Below are positions 42,826 through 51,788 of a DNA stretch of 64,000 nt, one piece after another. The stretch comes from an uncultured Acidobacteriaceae bacterium (GTDB lineage: Bacteria; Acidobacteriota; Terriglobia; Terriglobales; Acidobacteriaceae), in contig CAVZDT010000023.1 of the NCBI GenBank assembly GCA_963774175.1, positions 4,542 to 68,541 on the forward strand, in the 5' to 3' direction. The position numbers were made by a program, and so were the translations under genes. The number at the start of each line of letters is the position of its first letter. The first letter of the stretch is position 1. The notes beneath the pieces are model-generated. The model saw nothing but the letters and a program-made list of their open reading frames with translations. It was not told where the DNA came from and searched no databases.

Positions 42826-43839
42826 TCAATGCCGGTTCGCGGCAGTGAACAAGAGCGTTGCCGCGAGAAGAAATAACATGCCGACGGCAAGAAATAGTTT
42901 CGACCTGCCTGACGCTCGTCTCCATTCTCCAGTCAGGAAACCTGAGAGACTCGCGGTCATGATCATGAAGATCTGAAACAGCCCCCATCCAATCGAAGTT
43001 CCCATTTCGCCCAGCAGTGCTGCGCTCATTCCGTAGACGGCGAACGCCCCCATCCACAAAGCCGCCATAAGCGCTGACAGAAACAAGTCTGGGGCGGGCC
43101 GTTTGAAATCGCGCCAACTTCGATTCCGCTTCAGCAGATACAAAGAGTACGCTGCGTTGGGAACAAATCCTCCGGCTAATCCAATGGGCCAGACGGCATA
43201 TGCAGCCAGGAGTGGAGAATTTCCGAGGGCGACGCTTCGTTTTGCAATTTCCTGTCCAAAGGCGAAGGAGTAGTTGAGCATCGGCGCCATCAGTCCGCAG
43301 AGAATCGCAATAAGAATGGCTGTGCGATAGGCGCTGTTGTCCGGCGAAGCTGTTTTTTCAGTTTGTCTCTCGCGCAACCGTCCGCTCCACGCGGAGAATG
43401 CAATACCAATCGCCATCAACAGAATTCCCGCCAGGACAAGGAGAAGCGTGCTGCGAGACAGGGCACGTTCTTGACTAACAAGCATGGGAACCAGCGTTCC
43501 CAGCGCAGCTCCCATGCCGACGATGATGGCGTACGCAAGGCTCAGTCCCAGGCGAGCGCACGAGATACCAAAGAGGATTTGAGCAATGCCCCAGCTCATC
43601 CCAAATCCAATTGGAGCCACCAGCGATGAGAAAGACAGTGAACTGTACACCATCCCCAGATGGCTGACGAAAATTACCGCCAGACCGCACGGAAGAATGA
43701 CCAAAGAGAGCAGGCTGAAGACAGCCCACATGTTCTCCCATCGCCAGGAGCGAAGGAATTTCGACGGCAGCATGCAATTGCCGGACATGAAGCCGGCGGC
43801 GACGGCGAGTGCCACACCTGCGGGCGTCGATGGGCTCAT
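42826..43839 (-). CDS. RhaT-like sugar/H+ symporter
   Basis: WRWENMW, WGIAQILFG, GEW motifs; about 10 hydrophobic segments. Confidence 0.85.
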   Translation of the reverse strand: MSPSTPAGVALAVAAGFMSGNCMLPSKFLRSWRWENMWAVFSLLSLVILPCGLAVIFVSHLGMVYSSLSFSSLVAPIGFGMSWGIAQILFGISCARLGLSLAYAIIVGMGAALGTLVPMLVSQERALSRSTLLLVLAGILLMAIGIAFSAWSGRLRERQTEKTASPDNSAYRTAILIAILCGLMAPMLNYSFAFGQEIAKRSVALGNSPLLAAYAVWPIGLAGGFVPNAAYSLYLLKRNRSWRDFKRPAPDLFLSALMAALWMGAFAVYGMSAALLGEMGTSIGWGLFQIFMIMTASLSGFLTGEWRRASGRSKLFLAVGMLFLLAATLLFTAANRH

Positions 43840-45092
43840 ACGCGAGAAGCGATTGGGAGATCGTTCAGGTCAATTGACGCGCCCGGCTCCTGGGGCGCGC
43901 TGTAGAAGCCGCCTTCGACATGTGCCGGAAATACAAAGTGAGACCGAAGATGAGGGATGTACTCGAGAAAGAGAATCTCGTGCCCGAGTGCGATGTGATT
44001 GAAGAAAACCATGTGTTGATGGATCTGGCCCATGTCGCCCACATGGGGCACGAGTGGAAGACCGAATTTCCGCGCCAGCAAGCTTACCGTCAGGAATTCA
44101 CTGATGCCGGCCAATCGAGTGGCATCGGCCTGCACAAAGTGAATTGCTTTCGCCTGGAGGAAATTCTTGAACACTACCCGGTTGGGAATGTGCTCGCCAG
44201 CAGCGATCTTCACTGGAGCAACGGCAGATGCCAGGGTGGCGTGGGCTGTTATGTCGTCCGGATGAGTCGGCTCTTCAATCCACAACGGATTCAACTGCGC
44301 AAGCTCGCGGCACATCTCGAGGGCCGTGGGAAGATTCCATTGCTGGTTTGCATCGAACATCAGAGTCGCTGAATTTCCGGCGCACTCCCGCAGCATATTT
44401 GCGCGGCGCAGATCTCGATTTCGGTTAGGCGCGCCGACCTTCAGCTTGAAGGCGCTGAATCCCTGTCCGATTGCGCGCTCCGTCAACTCCCTCACCTTGT
44501 GGTCGTCATAGGCCATCCAGCCCACCGAGGTGTTGTATCCCGGGTAGCCCTGCTTCAGAATCTGTTCCCGGTCCGGTCGCGCTGAACCATGGCTACGCAA
44601 TAACTCGATAGCATCCTGCTCCGGCAACACTTCTTCGAGATAACTTAGATCGAGCAACGCGACGAGTTCTTCGGGAGCAAGATCGAGCAGCAGTTTCCAG
44701 AGAGGAACACCTCGACTTTTCGCCCATAGATCGAAACAGGCATTGGTGATGGAAGCGAGCGCGAGGTGGACGACTCCTTTGTGCGGTCCAAGCCATCGCA
44801 TTGCAGGATCGTTCGCAATCCGCCGGGAAACCTTTCCGAACTCTGCCATCAGCTCTTCGATCTCGCGCCCCACCAGCGGACGTGCAAGAAGTTCGATCGC
44901 ATCACATACCAGGCGGTTCCCCTCCCCGAGCGTAAGGGTGATCCCGGTTCCGAAGCTCCTGCCGGCCGTGCCCAGATATGTGACAGCAAAGCTATATTCA
45001 GGATCTGTGTGCACCGCGTCGCTGCCCACTCCGGGCGGCAGCGGATATCTCATATCGAGTGCGTCGATGCGATCGATGACCCAACCTGGCAT
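43836..45092 (-). CDS. L-fuconate dehydratase-like enolase-superfamily enzyme
   Basis: GSDAVHTDPEYS, RWLGPHKGVVHLA, YNTSVGW, FKLKVG, DANQ, WIEEPT, AGEH, EYIPHL. Confidence 0.9.
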   Translation of the reverse strand: MPGWVIDRIDALDMRYPLPPGVGSDAVHTDPEYSFAVTYLGTAGRSFGTGITLTLGEGNRLVCDAIELLARPLVGREIEELMAEFGKVSRRIANDPAMRWLGPHKGVVHLALASITNACFDLWAKSRGVPLWKLLLDLAPEELVALLDLSYLEEVLPEQDAIELLRSHGSARPDREQILKQGYPGYNTSVGWMAYDDHKVRELTERAIGQGFSAFKLKVGAPNRNRDLRRANMLRECAGNSATLMFDANQQWNLPTALEMCRELAQLNPLWIEEPTHPDDITAHATLASAVAPVKIAAGEHIPNRVVFKNFLQAKAIHFVQADATRLAGISEFLTVSLLARKFGLPLVPHVGDMGQIHQHMVFFNHIALGHEILFLEYIPHLRSHFVFPAHVEGGFYSAPQEPGASIDLNDLPIASRV

Positions 45093-45105
45093 GAAGACCC
45101 CTCCG

Positions 45106-45876
45106 CTATGAACGGCGATAGCCCAGCTCAGCTCCACCGCTGACGGGCACAATGCATCCGGTCATAAAGCGCGACCGGTGCGAAAGAAGAAACACGGCTA
45201 CATCGGCGATGACGTCGCCCCGCGGCGCGGGACCGAGAAGATGGACGTCGTCCAGAAGCTGTCGCGTGCCTGCAGGATCCGGCTGCTCGTTACACCACCG
45301 TTCAAGCATCGGAGTCAAAACCGCAGCAGGACAGATTGCGTTGACCCGAATCGAATACCGGGCGTAGTCGGCGGCCATTGCCTTGGTCAGCGAGATCATT
45401 GCGCCTTTAGTCGCGACGTAGGCGGCATGGTCGGGTTGGCCAATCAGGCCAACCATACTTGCCGTATTGAGAATCGTGCCCTTCGAAGCGGCGAGTGCAG
45501 GAAACGCGAAGCGGGTGGTCCAATACACCGACTTCAGGTTGACGCGGAAAAGTTGATCCCACTCGGCCTCGCTGGTCTCATGAAGCGGCAGCGAGGGATG
45601 GGCAACGCCTGCATTATTGTGGACGGCATCAATGCGCCCCAAGCGATTGAGAACCTGCGTAATGGCAGCCTCCACCATCGTGCCGTCGGCAACGTCCGCA
45701 CGAATGGCAACGCTTCGCTCACCCGCTCGCGATGCGACATCCTCAGCAGCTTGAAGGTTTTGATCGAGAATTGCGACCGTTGCACCCTCTCGTGCATAGG
45801 CCAGCGCGCACTCGGCGCCAATTCCGTCTCCACCACCTGTGAGCACGACTACCTTATCCAAGAGTTCACCGGGCAT
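45106..45876 (-). CDS. SDR oxidoreductase, probable L-fucose/sugar dehydrogenase
   Basis: TGGGDGIG, NNAG, YVATK, C-terminal SGGAELGY; directly upstream of the fuconate dehydratase. Confidence 0.85.
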   Translation of the reverse strand: MPGELLDKVVVLTGGGDGIGAECALAYAREGATVAILDQNLQAAEDVASRAGERSVAIRADVADGTMVEAAITQVLNRLGRIDAVHNNAGVAHPSLPLHETSEAEWDQLFRVNLKSVYWTTRFAFPALAASKGTILNTASMVGLIGQPDHAAYVATKGAMISLTKAMAADYARYSIRVNAICPAAVLTPMLERWCNEQPDPAGTRQLLDDVHLLGPAPRGDVIADVAVFLLSHRSRFMTGCIVPVSGGAELGYRRS

Positions 45877-46122
45877 TTTGGAGTCCCCGGCTTACAACGA
45901 GACGACTATTTGAGTGCTCGAATTCCACGGTCGAAGCATACATGTCCAATTAATCGCCGTCAATCCCAATGTCTGAGCGCTTATCATCTCAAGAAATTCG
46001 AATGCCTTTGCAGATCGACCTGATCATCTTCACGGGCTGAAGGAGCGACGTTGCACCTGGGCTGGGACTGGAACCACAGCGATGGCCGCTCCCGTCATGA
46101 GCCAAATCTGATCAATCTTTGG

Positions 46123-49100
46123 TCAGTATTGAAGATGTAAGCCAAGTTGGAGTTCGCGTGGTGGAAGCACATTGCCAGTGATTTTCCCGAAGTTTGGGTC
46201 GCCGAACCCGCTATCCGGCGTTCCGTAGTTCTGAATGTTGAGCACGTTGAAACCCTCAGCCCGGAAAGAGAGCGTCGTTTCTTCGCCTAGCTGGAAATTC
46301 TTGAAGAGCGAAAAGTCCGCATCGGCCACATGGGGCGATCGCAAAGAGTTTCGAGGGGCATTTCCGTATGCAAATGAAGGTACGGCAAACGCACTGGGAT
46401 CAAACCACTCGTCTTTATTGGGATGTGCGGGTTTGGGATTTCCTACCTGGTTCGGTCTTGCGTAGCTCCACCACGACAGCGTGTTTCCTATATTGGCGAC
46501 GTCACCCGGGACGGTCATGTTGTAAGGCTGCCCGGAGCGCAACTGAATCACGCTGTTCGCCTGCCAGTTGCCAAGCACCCAAGACGCGATTCCGCTTCGG
46601 AGATAGGGTTTTCCTCTTCCCACAGGAAGTTCATACTGCCCGCTTATGGCCAGATCTTGCGGAATGTCTAGAGCAGAAGGACCGCGACTCGAGCTCAAAT
46701 CGTAGTAATTCTGGAGATCGGATGATCCCCCGGCGCCATTTTCGACACCAAACCAACCGCTCCCGCCAGCATCCGTCGTCTTTGACCAGGTATAGGACAC
46801 CAGGTACTGCAACCCATTAGAGAAATGACGATTCAGCTTTGCCTGCAGCGAGTTGTAGTGTGAGAATCCCCGGTCCGTCCCATAGAACGAAGTCTGCTGA
46901 TACCAAGGGAAGGGCTTCCTCGCCTGGACCTCGTCTGGGGTTCCGGGACCGGGCGTTGTCGCAGTGTCCCACAGCCCCGTGACATCGAGGCGATCACTCT
47001 TGCTGCCTACATATCCAATCGAGAGGGCCAGGTTTTTTGTCATCTCCCGTTCGATCTCTACGTTCCATTGCTGTGATCGCGAATCTCTGTGATGCGGATC
47101 GAAAAACCAATTCGATTGCCCCCAGGGAGATGCAGCCGGTAGCGCAACTCCTGACGTCGCGAAGTTGCTTTCGATCGGAGACAGTGGTTGACCCAGCTGA
47201 TTTATGGCAACCTGCGCGCTCACAGACCCTACTGCAGGCCAGGACCCGGCAATGCCCTTCCAATCCTGTTCCATTCCCGTAAGGTCGTCGTAAACGATCC
47301 CATATCCACCTCGAACAACCATCCGGGCGTCAGGTCGCCATGCTATGCCCAGGCGTGGTCCGAAGTCGGTCCAGTATGCAGCAGACCATGCTCGTCCGTA
47401 TGGCGAAAGCTTGATCTGGTTGTTATCGGGAACGCTCGCTAGTCCGCCGGGAATACAAGGAGTTGGTCCTTGCGGTCCGCACGCAGAGGGCATCTGATCT
47501 AACCCAATCCAATATGTGCCGTCAGAGTTTGGGCCGCTGACAACTGTACTGGAGCTGGGTTCGAAGGGACGACGGTGGTCAAGCCGGAAGCCATAGGTAA
47601 CGGTAAGATTTCTGCGTACGCTCCATGTGTCCTGTCCGAAACCAGCCCAAGCTGACACTCGATTGCTGTTTGCGATCGTACTCGTGTTGTTGACCTGAGA
47701 TGGCAACCCGAGGAACGCGGATGCCAACGAGTTACCGGTGGTGCCCACACTTTCAGGGTTTCCGGTCGTATCGTTCGTAAATGAGAAATTGCCGTATGGA
47801 GGAGAATTTGAGTCGTTGCCTTGCTTGATGTATTGCAAACCGAATTTGAAGTTATGCTCTCCTTGAATCCAGGACACATCGTCGGAAAGATCATAAACAG
47901 GGCTTGCAATCGTATTGCTCAGATTGACGCCGCCGCTTCCCCACGGAGAGGAAAGCCCCAAAGTTGTACCCCCCGCACTGGTGAACCCCAGACCCGTCAT
48001 CGGCGCCAATCCAGCACTGTCGGTCAGATACCGGGCAAATGGTCTCTTGGTTTGACCGTACCGATTCTCCAAGAGCAGTTTGGGCGTGAATACATGTGTC
48101 CAGCCAATTGCAAAATTGGTTGCGGGAACTGAAGCACCGGTATCCTGAGTCAGGGTATTCGGACTAAGGTTGATCACGTTGAGCAGGTCATATCGGAAGA
48201 ACAGACTGTCTTTAGTTCCAAGTTGTTCATCGAGCCTGCCCATGTAGTGGTCAGAATTGTTAGTTGACGGTTTGGTGACCAGTAGATTGCCTAGTGGGTC
48301 TCCGGTCAGGTTCGGCCGGCTAAAGTACGCCTTGATGAAATTTACCGATGTCTGATCTATGCGCCCGGGGGGAATAACGTTGCCGGGAAACGGATCCCTG
48401 ATGTATTCGCCGGGATTATTCGGATCTGGACGAGTTGTCGCCGGATCATAAATCTGTTGGGCAAGTATGGAGTTTGAAAAGTCTCCATTCAGTTCGGCAT
48501 CGGTTGGCACCCAGAATTTCGATTCCGCTGCCTGGTTGAAACGCCAGCCCTCATAAGAAAAGAGAAAAAAAGTGCGGTTGCGTCCGTTGTAGACCTTCGG
48601 AATCCATACGGGACCGCTCGCCATCAGGCCAAATTGGTTTTGGTGGTATGGACTTGGAGGCAATGCCACCCCACCGGCCACATCCGCGAAGGAATCGCGT
48701 GCATCAAAAACGTTATTTCGAACGAATTCCCAGGCGCTTGCGTGAAAGCGATTGGTTCCACTTCGCGTGACCACATCCACGATGCCGCCGAGCACTCCAC
48801 CGTACTCAGCCTTATCTTCGTGCGATTGAACTTTGAATTCCTGCATTGAATCGACAATCGGAGGCATGATGTATGCGCTGGTGTTCAACTCTGTGTTCAC
48901 CACTCCGTCCAGCATGTACAGATTTGACCTGTTGAACTGCCCCCCAATCGTCGGCTGTGCGATTTCGGCGGACGGCGGCGCAAGATTCGCTAAATCGTTG
49001 ACTCCGACCCCAGAGCTCTGAGCCGTACTTACAGGAATCGCGCCGGGTGTAAGGGAGAGCAACTCAGTAAAGTTGCGACCGTTGAGCGGCAATTCCTGAA

Positions 49101-49581
49101 TTTGTTTCTGCCCGACAACGGTGCCGAGTTCGGAACTTGTCGACTGAACCAGAAGGGCTGCCGGATCCGCATTGACTGTCACGGTTTCTGTGGCGCTTCC
49201 AACCGTCAGGACGAAATCGCTCGAGACGTTCTCTTGCACACCCAGCGAAATACGGGGAATGACCGTGTCCTGAAAACCTTCCTTGCGCACCTTGATTTCG
49301 TAGGTTCCCGGCGGCAGGGACGGGAAGACGAAGAGACCCGTTGCTCCTGTCTTCGCGGTTGTCGCGATCCGCGTGTCCAAATTCGTTATTTGGACAATGG
49401 CGTCCGGGACGGCAGCGTTGTTTTGATCGGAGACATGGCCTGAAACCGAAGCCGTCGTAGCTTGCCCATATAAGGCCACGCCACATGAGACGAAAACGCC
49501 CAAGATCAGGAGAAAGGCCACTTTTTCACGACAACCCCAATTTGAAAGTGTTGAACCTTCGAAAAACAAGCGCTTGAACAT
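46123..49581 (-). CDS. TonB-dependent receptor (Oar-type)
   Basis: ASVSGHVSDQNNAAVP, LPLNGRNF, RSGTNRFH, C-terminal QLGLHLQY. Confidence 0.93.
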   Translation of the reverse strand: MFKRLFFEGSTLSNWGCREKVAFLLILGVFVSCGVALYGQATTASVSGHVSDQNNAAVPDAIVQITNLDTRIATTAKTGATGLFVFPSLPPGTYEIKVRKEGFQDTVIPRISLGVQENVSSDFVLTVGSATETVTVNADPAALLVQSTSSELGTVVGQKQIQELPLNGRNFTELLSLTPGAIPVSTAQSSGVGVNDLANLAPPSAEIAQPTIGGQFNRSNLYMLDGVVNTELNTSAYIMPPIVDSMQEFKVQSHEDKAEYGGVLGGIVDVVTRSGTNRFHASAWEFVRNNVFDARDSFADVAGGVALPPSPYHQNQFGLMASGPVWIPKVYNGRNRTFFLFSYEGWRFNQAAESKFWVPTDAELNGDFSNSILAQQIYDPATTRPDPNNPGEYIRDPFPGNVIPPGRIDQTSVNFIKAYFSRPNLTGDPLGNLLVTKPSTNNSDHYMGRLDEQLGTKDSLFFRYDLLNVINLSPNTLTQDTGASVPATNFAIGWTHVFTPKLLLENRYGQTKRPFARYLTDSAGLAPMTGLGFTSAGGTTLGLSSPWGSGGVNLSNTIASPVYDLSDDVSWIQGEHNFKFGLQYIKQGNDSNSPPYGNFSFTNDTTGNPESVGTTGNSLASAFLGLPSQVNNTSTIANSNRVSAWAGFGQDTWSVRRNLTVTYGFRLDHRRPFEPSSSTVVSGPNSDGTYWIGLDQMPSACGPQGPTPCIPGGLASVPDNNQIKLSPYGRAWSAAYWTDFGPRLGIAWRPDARMVVRGGYGIVYDDLTGMEQDWKGIAGSWPAVGSVSAQVAINQLGQPLSPIESNFATSGVALPAASPWGQSNWFFDPHHRDSRSQQWNVEIEREMTKNLALSIGYVGSKSDRLDVTGLWDTATTPGPGTPDEVQARKPFPWYQQTSFYGTDRGFSHYNSLQAKLNRHFSNGLQYLVSYTWSKTTDAGGSGWFGVENGAGGSSDLQNYYDLSSSRGPSALDIPQDLAISGQYELPVGRGKPYLRSGIASWVLGNWQANSVIQLRSGQPYNMTVPGDVANIGNTLSWWSYARPNQVGNPKPAHPNKDEWFDPSAFAVPSFAYGNAPRNSLRSPHVADADFSLFKNFQLGEETTLSFRAEGFNVLNIQNYGTPDSGFGDPNFGKITGNVLPPRELQLGLHLQY

Positions 49582-49628
49582 GAAGTTCTCCTAATCAAAC
49601 TGTGTATTGGCCCCCAATATTGCCGGTC

Positions 49629-49658
49629 ATCGTAGCTTTGCCTGAAGTGATTTGTCAA
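49629..49658 (-). promoter_or_regulatory. Sigma70-type promoter for the second TBDR
   Basis: - strand TTGACA-18 nt-TACGAT in an AT-rich divergent spacer. Confidence 0.6.
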
Positions 49659-49938
49659 TCATTATTTATGATTTTTATTGACAGTTACGATCTTTATTTG
49701 AGATTCTTTCGATCAACGATGCCCATGCCGTTAAACCGGTGCATACATAAGTAGCTTTACTTTTAATGCTTTAATATGGGGTAATTTCCGTGAAGAGGAG
49801 AAGAAGAATAGAACAAAGGACATGATACAAACGCGGGTTTCTTATCACTCGTTGTGAATGTTTGAGCCAATCAGCTCTTGCAGGTTTTGAGCGCTTGAAA
49901 TAGAAGATGAGCAGGAACTTTGAGTGAATTGAGGGCAA

Positions 49939-51765
49939 ATGCGGCGGAAATCTAATTATGACAAGTTCCCGACCATTTCTGTTGGCGATGAGGACTGTTG
50001 GGAGAATTGGCCCGAGGTTCTTGGTCGGCTGAGAGCCTGCGCGCCCAGAGTCAATCCTGTGATCTGCATCGAATGCTACCCGGGCGTACTGGAGCCGGCG
50101 CTCAAGGAGATTCTTGAACAAGGCCTGCAGCCCGCGATGATCATGATGACGACCGACCTTCTGAAGGATTCGGAAACGATCGAGCGAATAGTAGGTCCCG
50201 TTTTGGGCGATGACCCTGTATTCGGCCGGATGAACAGGATTCAAATCGCGGACTTCTTCGACCCGCAAAGACTCGGCAAGGCTCGCGAACAGGCGACCAA
50301 CTGGAAGGACGGGTTGTTGCTCATCCTGGGCACCGGTGCAGCACTGGTTGCCGCAGAACCGGATGTGCTGATCTACGCCGATATGGCACGCCGCGAGATC
50401 CAACAGCGTCAGAGGCGCAATACGATCGGGAATTTTGGAGCCGGCAATCTTCAGGAAAGTGCCGCCCTCAAATACAAGCGCGCATTTTTCGTGGATTGGC
50501 GCGCAGCCGACCGACTGAAGGCCTCATTGATCTCTCGAATAGATTTCTGGCTTGATACGAATAGTGCGATCCCCAAGCTGGTTACGGGAAAATCCATGCG
50601 GCAGGGAATGCGCCAACTGGTGCAACGTCCTTTTCGCGTAGTCCCCTATTTCGATCCCGGACCATGGGGTGGACATTGGATGGAGGAGGTGTGCGACCTT
50701 CCAAACGACGTTCCAAACCACGCATGGTGTTTCGATTGCGTACCTGAAGAGAACAGTTTGCTGCTCGCGTTCGGATCGACCCGTGTGGAAGTTCCTGCAA
50801 TGAATCTCACCCTGCTGCATCCCGGCGAGTTACTGGGGCAAAGTGTTTACTCGCGGTTTGGAACTGAATTCCCAATTCGCTTCGACTTTCTCGATACCAT
50901 GGGTGGCGGAAATCTCTCCCTACAGGTGCACCCGAAGACCCAATACATTTGGGACAAATTCGGAATGAAGTACACGCAGGATGAGAGCTACTACCTTCTG
51001 GATGCAGGCGAGGATGGGAGTGTTTATCTCGGCGTTAAAGATCACATGGATCGAGAGGCAATGATACGGGAATTGAGGGCGGCCCAATCAAATGGTCATT
51101 CCTTCCGGGCCGAAAGGTATGTAAACAAGTTTCCCGCGAGAAAGCACGATCATTTCCTGATCCCTGCCGGTACCATTCACTGTTCGGGCAAGAACAGCAT
51201 GGTACTTGAAATCAGCGCCACGCCTTACATCTTCACATTCAAGTTATGGGACTGGGGACGACTCGGTTTGGACGGTTCTCCACGCCCAATTCACATCGAC
51301 CACGGGTTGATGAACATCGCCTGGGATCGCGACACCAACTGGGTTCGAAACAATCTCATCAACCAGATAGAACCGGTTGGAGAAGGACCAGGCTGGCGAG
51401 AAGAACGCACCGGACTTCACCAATTGGAATTCATCGAAACGCGTAGACATTGGTTTACGGCAAAGACTCCCCACGAAACTCGAGATTCCGTCGATGTTCT
51501 TAACCTTATCGAAGGCGATGAGGCCGTTGTCGAGAGCCGCACAAACGCGTTCGAACCATTTATTGTCCACTACGCTGAAACGTTCATCGTGCCCGCTGCG
51601 ATAGGTGCTTATTCAATTTCACCGACTGGGCAATCGATCGGGAGGACCTGCGCAACCATCAAGGCTTCCGTTCGCAACGGGTGGACTCGCTCCGAACACG
51701 TTCCAGGAGCCACGACCACCATCAACAGCGCAAGCACGGGTTCTCCAGAGCATCCGGCCAGCTAG
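49939..51765 (+). CDS. Long-form class I mannose-6-phosphate isomerase-like (cupin) protein
   Basis: PWGG, FPIRFDFLD, NLSLQVHP, QDESYY, IPAGTIH, LEIS; about 225-aa N-terminal extension. Confidence 0.85.
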   Translation: MRRKSNYDKFPTISVGDEDCWENWPEVLGRLRACAPRVNPVICIECYPGVLEPALKEILEQGLQPAMIMMTTDLLKDSETIERIVGPVLGDDPVFGRMNRIQIADFFDPQRLGKAREQATNWKDGLLLILGTGAALVAAEPDVLIYADMARREIQQRQRRNTIGNFGAGNLQESAALKYKRAFFVDWRAADRLKASLISRIDFWLDTNSAIPKLVTGKSMRQGMRQLVQRPFRVVPYFDPGPWGGHWMEEVCDLPNDVPNHAWCFDCVPEENSLLLAFGSTRVEVPAMNLTLLHPGELLGQSVYSRFGTEFPIRFDFLDTMGGGNLSLQVHPKTQYIWDKFGMKYTQDESYYLLDAGEDGSVYLGVKDHMDREAMIRELRAAQSNGHSFRAERYVNKFPARKHDHFLIPAGTIHCSGKNSMVLEISATPYIFTFKLWDWGRLGLDGSPRPIHIDHGLMNIAWDRDTNWVRNNLINQIEPVGEGPGWREERTGLHQLEFIETRRHWFTAKTPHETRDSVDVLNLIEGDEAVVESRTNAFEPFIVHYAETFIVPAAIGAYSISPTGQSIGRTCATIKASVRNGWTRSEHVPGATTTINSASTGSPEHPAS

Positions 51766-51788
51766 CATTTTCTTCAAGAGAGCAGAAC

